A stretch of DNA of 64,000 nt from Macrostomum hystrix (Eukaryota; Animalia; Platyhelminthes). A model generated the notes under the pieces. That model saw only the letters and a program-made list of their open reading frames with translations, did no database searches and was not told the origin of the DNA. The DNA is taken from the NCBI GenBank assembly GCA_950097015.1, contig CATNEN010000028.1, forward strand, positions 248,001-312,000. The letters are read 5' to 3'. Positions 36,343 through 49,032 of this stretch are shown here, one piece after another. A program made the translations under genes and the position numbers. Positions within the stretch are counted from its first letter, which is position 1; each line of letters opens with the position of its first letter.

Positions 36343-38985
36343 TGGTTTAGCAATGATTCAAACGCTGGGTTAGCCATGATTCAAACTCTGGTTTTGCCAT
36401 GATTCAAACTCTGGTTTAGCCATGATTCAAACTCTGGTTTAGCCATGATTCAGAATCTAGGTTTAGCCATGATTCAGACGCTGGTTTAGCTATGATTCAA
36501 ACTCTGGTTTAGCCATGATCCAGACTCTGGTTTAGCCTTGATTCAGACTCTGGTTTAGCCATGATTTAGACTCTGGTGTAGCCATGATTCAGACTCTGGT
36601 TTAGCCATGATTCAGACTCTGGTTTAGCCATGATTCAGACTCTGGTTTAGCCATGATTCAGACTCTGGTTTAGCCATGATTCAGACTCTGGTTTAGCCAT
36701 GATCCAGACTCTGGTTTAGCCATGATTCAGACTCTGGTTTAGCCATGATTCAGACTCTGGTGTAGCCATGATTCAGACTCTGGTGTAGCCATGATTCAGA
36801 CTCTGGTTTAGCCATGATTCAGACTCTGGTTTAGCCATGATTCAGACTCTGGTTTAGCCATGATTCAGACTCTGGTTTAGCCATGATTCAGACTCTGGTT
36901 TAGCCATGATTCAGACTCTGGTTTAGCCATGATTCAGACTCTGGTTTAGCCATGATTCAGACTCTGGTTTAGCTATGATTCAGACTCTGGTGTAGCCATG
37001 ATTCAGACTCTGGTTTAGCCATGATTCAGACTCTGGTGTAGCCATGATTCAGACTCTGGTTTAGCCATGATTCAGACTCTGGTTTAGCCATGATTCAGAC
37101 TCTGGTTTAGCCATGATTCAAACTCTGGTTTAGCCATGATTCAGACTCTGGTGTAGCCATGATTCAGACTCTGGTTTAGCTATGATTCAAACTCTGGTTT
37201 AGCCATGATTCAGACTCTGGTTTAGCCATGATTCTGACTCTGGTTTAGCCATGATTCAGACTCTGGTTTAGCTATGATTCAGACTCTGGTGTAGCCATGA
37301 TTCAGACTCTGGTTTAGCCATGATTCAGACTCTGGTTTAGCCATGATTCAGACTCTGGTTTAGCCATGATTCAGACTCTGGTTTAGCTATGATTCAAACT
37401 CTGGTTTAGCCATGATTCAGACTCTGGTTTAGCCATGATTCAGACTCTGGTTTAGCTATGATTCAGACTCTGGTGTAGCCATGATTCAGACTCTGGTTTA
37501 GCCATGATTCAGACTCTGGTGTAGCCATGATTCAGACTCTGGTTTAGCCATGATTCAGACTCTGGTTTAGCCATGATTCAGACTCTGGTTTAGCCATGAT
37601 TCAAACTCTGGTTTAGCCATGATTCAGACTCTGGTGTAGCCATGATTCAGACTCTGGTTTAGCTATGATTCAAACTCTGGTTTAGCCATGATTCAGACTC
37701 TGGTTTAGCCATGATTCTGACTCTGGTTTAGCCATGATTCAGACTCTGGTTTAGCTATGATTCAGACTCTGGTGTAGCCATGATTCAGACTCTGGTTTAG
37801 CCATGATTCAGACTCTGGTTTAGCCATGATTCAGACTCTGGTTTAGCCATGATTCAGACTCTGGTTTAGCTATGATTCAAACTCTGGTTTAGCCATGATT
37901 CAGACTCTGGTTTAGCCATGATTCAGACTCTGGTTTAGCCATGATTCAAACTCTGGTTTAGCCATGATTCAGACTCTGGTGTAGCCATGATTCAGACTCT
38001 GGTTTAGCTATGATTCAAACTCTGGTTTAGCCATGATTCAGACCCTGGTTTAGCCATGATTCAAACTCTGGTTTAGCCATGATTCAGACTCTGGTTTAGC
38101 CATGATTTAAACTCTGTTTTAGCCATGATTCAGACCCTGGTTTAGCCATGATTCAAACTCTGGTTTAGCCATGATTCAGACTCTGGTTTTGCCATGATTC
38201 AGACTCTGGTTTAGCCATGATTCAGACTCTGGTTTAGCCATGATTCAGACTCTGGTTTAGCCATGATTCAAACTCTGGTTTAGCCATGATTCAAGCTCTG
38301 GTTTAGCCATGATTCAGACGCTGGTTTGGCCATGATTCAAGCTCTATTTTTGCCATGATTCAGACTCTGGTTTAGCCATGATTCAGACTCTGGTTTAGCC
38401 ATGATTCAAACTCTGGTTTAGCCATGATTCAGACTCTGGTTTAGCCATGATTCAGACTCTGGTTTAGCCATGATGCAAACTCTGGTTTAGCCATGATTCA
38501 GACCCTGGTTTAGCCATGATTCAGACTCTGGTTTAGCCATGATTCAGACCCTGGTTTAGCCATGATTCAAACTCTGGTTTAGCCATGATTCAGACTCTGG
38601 TTTAGCCATGATTTAAACTCTGTTTTAGCCATGATTCAGACCCTGGTTTAGCCATGATTCAAACTCTGGTTTAGCCATGATTCAGACTCTGGTTTTGCCA
38701 TGATTCAGACTCTGGTTTAGCCATGATTCAGACGCTGGTTTAGCCATGATTCAGATTCAGACTCTGGTTTAGCCATGATTCAAACTCTGGGTTAGCCATG
38801 ATTCAGACTCTGGTTTAGCCATGATTCAAACTCTGGTTTAGCCATGATTCAGACTCCAGTTTAGCCATGATTCAGACTCTGGTTTAGCCATGATTCAAGC
38901 TCTGGTTTAGCCATGATTCAGACGCTGGTTTAGCCATGATTCAAGCTCTATTTTTGCCATGATTCAAACTCAGGTTTGCTATGAT
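36343..38985. repeat. Minisatellite, 23-bp unit (gccatgattcagactctggttta), ~114 copies
   Basis: Directly visible. Confidence 0.95.
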
Positions 38986-39779
38986 TTATGATATTTTATT
39001 TACGAAATGAAAAAAAAAATCAAAATAATCTTCAATCACTACTGGCTGAAAATTAGTCTAAATGATTTGACGCAGTGCAGAATCGAACCCTAGCCTAGCC
39101 TATAACCTATTCCTAGTGCCTACACATCGGCTATTCCGACTGTTGGTTAGTGGGTGCAAAAATCAGCCTTATAAAATGAATTCTCAAAGTTCTGGCTTTG
39201 TACAATGAAGTGAGAAAATAGAGTACACTCAGTCTCGCGGTTGGTTGTGTACATTTATTTCAAATTTGTCTCCAGAGTGCAGGCTTCTAACTCAGTCAGC
39301 GAGGGGGTGTTGCGCAATTTGACGATGCAATTCCAATTCAGCGGCAGTGAGTAAAATTCTCAATAGGCCAAGATGGTTTGACCTTTGAAAAATCATGTTT
39401 TTCGAATATTTAATCCCTTTAGCAATAAAGTTAAGCTTAATAAAAATACGTGTAAAATTGTCCCCATATTTGGCATCTTTTGGTGAAGAAATGGTGAAAA
39501 TCGGTTGAGCCGTTCGGGAGAAAATCAATTACAACCAAGCAAGCATTTCATTTTTAGTATAGTGGATATATGAAATGAGAAACTAAACTTATTGAGTAGT
39601 TCACTTGACTTTCAAGAATATTATCTATTTTGCGCCTTTTGGCTTTGCTGTCTATGGCCAATCCTTAAGAAAGGGAGAGTGAAGGAAGAGTTTCTCGCGT
39701 GTCTGAGTGAGTGAGAGCCAGAGCGATAGGGACACATTCAAACACAAAGCTGCCACCCAGTTGACAGAGAACGCTAGCG

Positions 39780-40238
39780 ATGAGCAAGAAGAAAGATATG
39801 CACGACGATGTTCGCCAGGAATTGAACACGTTGACGGAGAACATGCGAGGAAAGCGTGCGGAAATGTACGACCGGACGAAGGACATGCTGAACGACGTCC
39901 TCGTCTACCGGGATATGCCCCGGCCAGACCAGCTGCTGCCGCCCATGGTCGATGAGTTCATGGAGAACGGCCTGTTGATGGAGCCGATGGAGGCGCGACC
40001 TTCGGTGGAGCTGCCGAAGCACTACTACAACTTCAACGCACCAGAGAATAATTTCATGGTATCGCTTCTTCTGGATGGCAACGATAGCCGACTGCGCCGT
40101 ATGCTATCCCAGGTGCACACCAGGGCGCTGTTCAAGGAGGATCGCTATTACCAGGTTGTGGACGAACCGACTCTGTACTTTCGAGGCTCGGGATGCATCG
40201 ACTATCCAGTCTTTCACGGTGAGAATCCAGTGTGCTGA
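39780..40238 (+). CDS. Orphan 152-aa ORF or exon of unknown function; possibly the 5' part of the gene at 40811-42557
   Basis: Strong C/G-ending codon bias and complex sequence; no recognised motif. Confidence 0.6.
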   Translation: MSKKKDMHDDVRQELNTLTENMRGKRAEMYDRTKDMLNDVLVYRDMPRPDQLLPPMVDEFMENGLLMEPMEARPSVELPKHYYNFNAPENNFMVSLLLDGNDSRLRRMLSQVHTRALFKEDRYYQVVDEPTLYFRGSGCIDYPVFHGENPVC

Positions 40239-40810
40239 ATAAAATTGCGCACCTGAAGTAATACTTTGGAATTCTACAAGATACCCATAATACAAATATT
40301 TCCATCGTTTTCTGCTATTTAAGAACTAAAAGACTAGACTGACTACTGACGATTAATAATAATTGATAATAATTGCAGGAGGGCTGCGGACAATGGCACA
40401 TCACTTGTTGACACTATACCCGCAGCGAGGAGGCAATTCTGCCTATTTCGCTGACTCCTGAGCACACATGCACACAGATACTGTACGCAGGCACACACAC
40501 ACTGCATGTGTACATCTGCCCTGACTTTCTCATCGTCAGGAAGTGTACACTCTCACTGCGCCTGAAGGTTGGCCCTTAAGGGCTTAAATTGCACGAGAAG
40601 CCCCAAAGCTCTCTCTCTGCGGCTGCGCCCCAAATGAATGTGGCCTCGTCGCAGAATCGAGCTCAGGGACCTTGGCGTGAGGGGTGACCGCGTTAACCAC
40701 TCTGCCACTCACCCCGCATTAACCACTCTACAGGCAATATATTTTTTATATAATATAAAGAAAATATATCTACTTCCTTTTCTCAAAAACTTTCTAGACA
40801 AGGTGGTCAT

Positions 40811-42557
40811 GTACCTTACGGCCACTGGCTTAATGATATTTCTGAAGTCCACCACAGCCCTGATGGCCTCGTCCTGCATCCTGGGCAAAGGCCAGCCACC
40901 GCGTACGCAAGCCGCCGCACGGGCCCGCGAAGCTCGCCAGTCAAAGCGCAAGAAGCCGCAGTCTGAGTTTGCCGCGGTACAAGCCTATGAGCAGAAAAAG
41001 AAGGACACGCCGACACCGCTGTTTAACGTGTACGCCTATCAGTACGCCACCTACGTGCACTGCTCCGATGGGGACATCCTTCGCTTCCAACTCGATTATC
41101 TGGCCATCAAGCGGAAGTTCTATGACGCTTTACCATTCTTGCTGCAGATGGACTGGCGGCCCAACTCGCCTTCGCTGCTGATGTACAGGCGGCGTTATTT
41201 CCAGTACATGACGCCCTTCCTGGACTGGGTGGACCTTGTTCGTTATCTTATGAAATCGAGCCCCACTCTACCAACCTCTAAAATCTACGAGCGTATGATC
41301 AGCGCCAACAATGACAACATAACACTGTCCGACATGAAGTACCTGGGCCAGACCATGCTGGAGTGCTTCGAAATTCGCAAGCTCTCTAAGGCCAACTGCA
41401 AGATCAGGGCCTACCACGGCGTTTACGTTGGCCGCAAGATTCTCAAGGACAAGGAGCCGCAGACACACGCCGACTACAAGGAGGCCTTCGGGCACGGCTT
41501 GGCCGTGCGACCCGTCATTCCGCACGTGTGCTCTCCGACGAGGCGTTTCTTAGTACACCTGTACTACTATGACAAGATCAGTCTGTCCACAATGGCCCAG
41601 GTGGTCTCCGTAGTCGAGTACATGCTGAAGCAGGACTTCTTTAGCATGCATCCGCTGTGCAAGCTATCGTCTATCCACTTGGAACCCATCATCTTCCAAA
41701 TATACGATTTTGTCTGGATGATTCGCAAGGACAATATCGGCAAGAAGGAATTCCTGCGCCACGAAACCTGGGACATGATTAAAACGGTAAGTAAAAATGA
41801 CAAATAAGTAGAAATTATTTCGCGCTTTGAATTTGTACTTAAAAAGTGATTGCATTTATCTTCTGCATCGTTTTAGTGCGATGAAGCCTATGCATGGTAC
41901 CTGCGCTGGGACGTGCTGAACTGCGTCAGTCTTCTATTCGGCATCTGCCAGAACGCCCTAATCAAGGATCTAAACGAGTCGGTTATTGAGCGCATAGTAA
42001 CGCTAATTATCGAAGTGCTGCGCAGCTCAGAGTACATGGAATCCGTGATGTCCTACAGCTTCTTTGACACCTACTTTGGCCTTACTAGCACCGTCAACTG
42101 CGTGCCCAACCTACAGTCCCGCTGCGTGCTGCGTGTGCTGAAACGGGTGCCCTTGTATCTTGTGGAGAAATTCTCCGCTCCCACCCTGCTCGGCATGTTC
42201 ACTCACCGCTTCTGGCGCAGGTCCAACGATCACGTTAAGCCGCCGCCGCGCACCCTGCATGATATTAGCGAATTTCTTGTCATGCGCAATCGGCGCATGT
42301 CGATGAAGACGGCTGCCGATGGCGGCGGCGAAGCAATGTCCGGTACGTCCGCCATGGGCGCCGGTGGAGCCGTCACGCTATTTTATCGAGACTACGAAAG
42401 CATGCCAGAGATCACTGCCGAAGATGAGCAGGCCATGGACAATGACAGGAATGACAATACTCGCAAAGAGGAGGAGGAACGCGTACACGTGGCCGAGTAC
42501 AAGCGACTTGAGACAGACTTCCGCTACTCCCAGATTTTCACCGACTCTTTCTTCCAA
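40811..42557 (+). CDS. Orphan spliced gene, >550 aa, rich in Tyr/Met/Leu; exons ~40811-41786 and 41877-42557, with a probable further exon from ~42698
   Basis: ACG|GTAAGT donor and ttttag acceptor join in phase 0 (DMIKT-CDEAYAW); CAA|GTGAGT donor at 42557; true start uncertain; no family recognised. Confidence 0.75.
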
Positions 42558-43260
42558 GTGAGTCACTATTCGATTTAATTAATCCTGAATCAATATTAGG
42601 ATCATTGATCGTCCTTTTTTGAGCATTCTCTAACTCAATTGTGATATTGTCGATTCGGGGATTTGAAATAAACTTGTTTTACCCCCCGAAACTTTAGGCG
42701 ACCGGTCGGCCAAGAATATTTTACGACGAGAACGCACAGATGAAGATGTGCAAACAGCGCAGTCGGGAGCTCTTCAAGCCGCTATAAACCAGCGCGGCGA
42801 CTGTCTAAATTCATTCCGAAACCAAGCCAAGCTTCTGGGAGCCAAACTGCTTCTATATTAACTTTTTTTTGCACGAAACAATCACCTTAGAATCGCTCTA
42901 AAGAATGAAACAGCTGCGGCACTTCTACAAATATATAATTTTCCAAGACAAATATGTTTTTTTAATAGAACGAGTTCCTTTCGAACGAACGCTCCGACAC
43001 GGAAGTATTAAGGAAGTTGCTGCATTTCGATGCAATTTCTTTTAAATCCGCAAAATGTTTACTCATTTTCTCAAACGTTTAACTATAGCTATTTTGATAA
43101 AGATAAAAACACACTTTATTAAGTTTGAAAAAGGAAAATTATATTCTTATTCTGCAACGATGTAAAAATTTTATTAGCGGGTACAGTGAGATATTTTGCC
43201 CTTCAAGCCCCAGCTGAGATTTCTTCAAACTGCGCGCGCTGCCTGAAGACGTCAGTCAGT

Positions 43261-45316
43261 TTAGCAGCCGTTGCCGATGTCGCTCCAACGTCTCAGCGTC
43301 GTGACGTCCAGCCCGACGTCGCTCCAAAGGCGCAGCCGGCCAACCATCGACGGTGAAGGCGATGGCTGCTGCTGCGCCCTCTCCTCAGCCTGAATCTCCA
43401 CGCGCAGCTCCGGCGGCCTCGACAGCCGGCGACGCTGACGCATCTCCGCGGCTGCGGCCGAAGCGGCAGCCAGCACTGTTGCCGCTCTTTCACGGCAGCG
43501 GCGAACAGCTCGATGCGACAGAAGGAAGATCAGCTCCACAACCTCAAAGGCAAAGGTGAGCGTAACGCCGATGGTCAAACTGCCGAGTCCGCCTATTCGA
43601 CTGACCAGTGCGCTCAGCGTGATCTGCAGCTTCTCCTGCTTCACAACCGTGTTGTAATTCAGCCGGGCAACCTTGATGAGCGCCATTCGCTCCACCAGAG
43701 GCTGATCCTCTGTTGTGTTGGTCCAGTCGTCAGAGATGCTGATGCTGTCCAATTCGGAGAACTTGAGCAGCTCGGGCACAGCCCAGCGGGCCAGTTTGTC
43801 GGAGGCGTTGACCGAGGCATGCCTCAGCGCGCCGTTAACGAAGCCCATCCAGCGCAGCTGCCACATTCGCGGCGCCCAGTTGGCCACAGATAGGTGGCTC
43901 TCGTAAAAGTACTGCGAGCACGGCTTGCGACACGGGCCAAGGGTGAACTGTCGCATGCTGTCGCTGAGATTCAGGCGTTGGACGCAGCGCTGACGCTTCA
44001 GAAAGTTCTCGAGCTCAGCTTCGTGGAAGTGGTTGCAATATGGGACCTGCTTTGTTGGCAACTGCGGTCGAATGTGAAAAGCAGACAGGCAGTTGCAGCT
44101 GTTGAGCACGGTGAGGCCTATGTGCGAGCTGACGCAGGCCGACTGGGTATAGTTGTACACGTGGTCGTGATCACTGATTTGAGGCTGGTCAGCCGGGGTG
44201 GAGCATTCGCCTTCCGGGTAGTTTTCTTTCTCGACGCGCACCTAATTTGGACCGGATGATATGGAATCGGACCAAGTATCAGAGGACCTCACCGAAAACT
44301 TTTATGTGCACTATCGCATATCAAAACATCTTCCATCTTCTAAAAGTACATCTCACCGTCCGATAGCGAATCAGCGTCGCTGTGCCTGTCTGCACAGTGA
44401 AGCTGTCCACGTCCACATCCGGGTGAGTCCCCGGCTCATGAAGCACCACCCGAAAACCCGTGGCCTGGCTGAAAACATTGAACGCCTGCTCCTCTGCCTC
44501 CCACAGAGTCTCATTGTCAACCGGGCTTTGACCGAACAGATCGGAGTTGCGAACGTTCGACAAAATCAGAGACACCTCGCTGAGGTGCTCCGTCCAGCTC
44601 TGCATGTGCACGGTGTGGCAGGTGAAAAACTCTGAATGGTGGACGCGGGTCGAATTGAACTGGCAGTTTGCTTCTTGCAGCTTCGATGGATTGGCGTTGG
44701 CAATGTGGCGAGTGATGCAGAAGGGCATGAGGTCAGTCAGCGGGTGACTAATCATTCCCAGCTCAGTCTCGTTCATCAGCTGAAAGTAGGTCGTAACCCG
44801 ATCGCTGTGGAACACATTGGATGCGTCGATGAAGCGACCCTGTCTGATCAAGTGGCCCATGGCGCGGCGAAGACCGCGCGACAGATTCGCGGGGCTGGCG
44901 ATGCGGCCGGAGCGCCAGTGCAGCCTGGCCTCAGGAGCGAACGGGCTGAGCGAACACACAGTCAGGCTGGGAAACGGCGTCGGGTCGTTCACTCTCTCTT
45001 CCACCTGGAAGTTGGTGTGAAAAGCCAGGTATTCGCTGACGAGGTTGTGCGAACAGTAGAGCAGGAAGCACGTCATGCTTATCAGGTAGAGCAGCCAGTG
45101 CAGGCGCAGCACTGGGTGGCGGGTTGTGTAACACTTTCGAACGCCTCTGAGTGTGGTGTTCTCAACGAACGTCTTTAGAGCGAACCGAATCCACTCAGAC
45201 TGAGAGGTTTTTACGGCGCTGTGAGCAGCGTTTTGCTGATCAATTTGAGCCGCGATTTCAGCAGCCATTGCTGCATCTGTGGCTTCTCGTGAGGTGCCGG
45301 GCACTGCCATCAGCAT
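43261..45316 (-). CDS. DEG/ENaC (amiloride-sensitive Na+ channel / ASIC-FaNaC superfamily) subunit, ~646 aa; exons 45316-44357 and 44241-43261
   Basis: F.ENTTL(R)G, TM1, PFPSLTVCS, Cys-rich thumb (C...CNC...C...PC), TM2 LVSRIGGLGSLTIGVT..FEVVEL; 115-bp phase-0 GT-AG intron. Confidence 0.93.
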
Positions 45317-45759
45317 ATTCTCTCACAAAACTTTGCTTTCATTCAAGGCGCAAATATTTGAGCCAGGAAAGACACGGAATTTATAGGTCTAGCAACCAGC
45401 CCTCGTACGAGGCTAATATTTCCCCAAAAATGCGATGCTGCTTTAGTCCCTTGAGAAATGATTGAGCAGGCGTGATGGGAGAAATTCGCGTAAAAGCAAT
45501 AAGGAACCGGAACCAGCCGGAAGGGGATCATTCTAATGCAGGAATAATAAGATTAGGGCAGCAATGAAAACTGTAAACTTTTTTGCAAACTGTTGTTCAC
45601 AGTTCGTAGTGCGTTAGAATATCTTTTTCTCTTTAATAATTTATATTTGTTATAGTCAGCCGAATTGAGTCGGGAGAGACGGCGAGTTCTCTGAGTCGGT
45701 GCGGTTTGCTGTCGCATTGCACAGCAGGCAAAGATATAGCATATTTGATGAACAGTGGA

Positions 45760-47931
45760 TCACATGGCACCCGAGCCGTTGTTGTTTTCTGTAGTCTTAG
45801 CGACTCGGTGGACTTGGATTTGACGCCAGTTGCTATTGGCAACCAGCAGCCAATCCCAGCGGCTGCCTGAGTCTCCCTCCCACAGATCGATGCTCACTGG
45901 CCCGGCAGAGCCGCGTACATCGACCTCACCCTCGTCCTCGCTATCGTCAATGCCCATCACAGCGCTGTTATCTACCTTGCCGACTGGGGTTTCGTCGAGG
46001 CCGACACTAAACTCGCAAAGGCATCGCCGACCGTCCGGGTCCAGCAGGCGAATTACCCGGCTAGCCAAGTCGGCGATGTACAACCGGCCTCGCCTATCAG
46101 CCAGGACGTCGTAGGGACTGCGAAACGCCACGGTTGCATCGCCGTCGCCATCGCCACCGGTTAGCGTAGCCACAGCCTGGCCAGTTTCGACGTCCAGGCG
46201 GCGAACGGCCTGCCCTCCCCAGTCCGTGATGAGCAGTCGCCGACTTCGCCGGCACCAGGCGAGGCTCTCGGTGAAGAAGGCCGGGCTGTAGCAGCCGGAC
46301 ACGTCCAGAAGGGCCAGCGTCGGCCACGGCGCCACACGGCCAACAACAACAAGACGCTGCTCGGCGTAGCTCAACGCGTAAAGCCGCTTGCCCCCCGGCG
46401 GCAGGCAGAGGCCGGTTAGGCGAGCCCGCGCCGGCAGGCCGAGCATCTGCGGGCTGAGCCGGCGCCGCAGTCGGCCCGTCAGATCCAAAATCGACAAGCC
46501 GCCCCGACCCTGGGTCAGGTAGAGTAGCTGGTCGCGCGAGTCGCAGCGTAGACTATGCACCTGGTAATTCGGGAGATTCGTATTGACGAACTGCACGTTG
46601 GATCCCGACTGAGGAGTGGTGGTAAGCGCTTGCTTTCTCACCTGAGATTGCCAACGAATCGACGGCCTAAGACGACCCACAGCCGGTGGGCCGCTGCCAT
46701 CGTTGCCGACTTCGCAGCCACCCTTCAACGCTAGCAGCGCCAGATGATCCGGCTTATCGTCAGCGTGGAACGCCACCGCAACGCACACTGGTGCCAGGCG
46801 ACGCCAGCTGCCGGACGCCGTTGGCGCCGCGCGCGCCCGGACTACGCGCCCGCTTTCGCCCTCGCGACTGGCGTCGGCGTTAACCCAGTGCCCGGCTGTG
46901 TTGTCGCAGACGGCGATCCGCCAGACCCGGCCGCCGCCTGGCACCGGGCCGAGCGACTGTGGCGGCTCAGCGCGCAAGTTGTTCAGGCCGGCCGTCAGAG
47001 CGGCGCTAGCGGCGCGCGTCGACGCCAGGCTGTCCGCGGCCCGACGCGACTCGGCTTCGCGCGCCGGAGTCTCGCACTCGGCCAGGTAGGCAATGGAATC
47101 ACCAATCTGGACAAATGAGGATGAGCTTTATTTTCTATCTATATTTTCTCAAGAGAAGAAAGACCTCTGATGCATTAAATACCCACCTTTTTCCGTATCT
47201 CACAAAACATTTTACCGTGAAAATCCAGAGCATAGAACATTTTCCGATAAAACAACTTCCGGACAAAGAAAACATCGGCATCGTCGGGATATTCAACGAT
47301 TCTCATCAGGATGGTGGTGGCCAAAACCACCAATATAGGCATTATTTTTCTTCTAGCAATTCAGTTTTTTATATCATTGTTGGTTATGTTAAATTGATTA
47401 TACGAGTTATTATGTTAAATGACTGATTAAATCAGTCATTCGGTTTGGGAGCTGTCGTGAAGTAGGCAGTGGCTATTTAAAATACCCCCGTGGTCTACTG
47501 TTGAGCTTCACCTGATCCACCAGCTGGAACATGAGCCGCCAGTTCCCAGCCTCCGCTGCCACCTTCGCAGTCTGGGCGAACTCGGCCGCATCGCCGAGAG
47601 CTCGAATTCGCGCTTCCAGCTGGTTGAGCTCGTCTCGAGCCGCGCTACAGATCCTCTGGCGCCAGTACTGATGCCGAGCCTTCAGCAACTGGAATTGCTC
47701 AGCCAGCTCGACCAGGTCAACCTCCTGCCGACTGGAGTGTCTGCGGAGCTCCGGGTAGCTGTTCGTGGCTGCGGCTAGGGCTCTCTGGGCGGCGGCTCCG
47801 AGGGCCTGAACCCGACGCTGCTCCCGCCGTAGGTGACCGCGGCAGAGCGGCTGGCCGGAGTGCGGGCAGAGGCCGGCAGAGGGTCCGGCGTCGCACAGAG
47901 CTACGCTGCAATGGGCGGCTGGCGCGAGCAT
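45760..47931 (-). CDS. B-box-like zinc finger / coiled-coil / NHL-repeat protein 1 (RING-less TRIM-NHL-like), ~588 aa; exons 47931-47512 and 47106-45760
   Basis: N-terminal C-x4-C-x7-C-x-H-x4-C-x2-H, a helical region, then NHL-type repeats (LLITDWGGQAVRR, FRSPYDVLADRRGRLYIAD, LLVANSNWRQIQV); phase-0 join. Confidence 0.82.
47120..47495. repeat. Dispersed non-coding repeat family; copies ~48250-48625, ~51200-51410 (inverted), ~55880-56580
   Basis: Shared aacatcggcat.gt...gatattcaacg.ttct and ttcggttt.ggagct.tcgtgaa.taggcagtgg.tattt.aaata. Confidence 0.75.
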
Positions 47932-49032
47932 GACTCAAGACAGCAGCTTCAGACTCTGAGCAGTTGGCTCGCCTGGCTTTGTTTCAGGTTTGGCTAGCAG
48001 CTTCGGCTTTAGAATCGCTAAAGGCGATAAGAGCCGCCCCTAAACCACCTGCCATGTAGGTCTCCTTGTTATCTTCGCAGGCATATCAATGAATTCGCAT
48101 TAATAGATCGCACAGTGAAGCAATCGTTTAAGATTGCCAATCCTGCCCTGAGTTTTACTGTTGGAATGAGTTTGAAAACCGATAAGCTACAAGCTGTTGC
48201 GCTGCATTTTTAATTTGAAATTCAATCGTGATTAACAAATGTCGCTATCATGCGCATTTCAAATAGCCACATTTTTCTTGATTTCAGTGTCCGCTCAATC
48301 CGAGGAAACAACTTTCAGAATCACAACACATCGGCATGTTCAAGATATTCAACGGTTCTTGTCGGGGGTGTCTAGTGTCAAAAACTACAAATAGAGGCAT
48401 CCTTTTCTAGTCACAATATTTCATCATGGTTAACTATTTGGGATCGATTAAATTGTTAAGTATTTCCTTTTTGAAACAATATGGATTCGCCATAGAAGTT
48501 AATACAGAGTAACTTATTCTTGTCACCAGGGTCTTCGTTTCCATTTGGTTGAATTTTCGCGAAAATCTTTCATTCGGTTTTGGAGCTATCGTGAATTAGG
48601 CAGTGGGTATTTGAAATAGTGATCTTTTACAAGGATAAAAATAGCGAGATAAATTCTTCTGTTAACAAGGTGTTATAAACCTACAGATTTCATAATGTAC
48701 AGTTGCATTGGAGCAATGTACTGTCATATTGAATCCGTAATTGTTTATATCAAGTATAACGTTTCTCTGAATGTACACGGCTAGAAAGAAGATTTAAGAT
48801 GCAAAGAAAATGAAAAACGACGCAGTGACAGAAAACTTTTGTATTTTATAATTCAAGAATGCCGCATACGAAATCCCTACTAACAAATTTTACTAACAAA
48901 AAAGCTTGTTTATTGTACATGTTTACTTTTATTGATAAAAATGTTAATACTCGTAACATTTATGTTTAAATATAGAATTTTGTATCACAAAATGTTACTT
49001 TAGTCATTTTACTAGTAAAAGTTCAGGATGTA

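Noticed and set aside
40638-40810. N-terminal part of the 389-aa ORF (MWPRRRIELRDLG...)
   Set aside because: It reads through an antisense SINE head and AT-rich DNA; unlikely to be true coding sequence.
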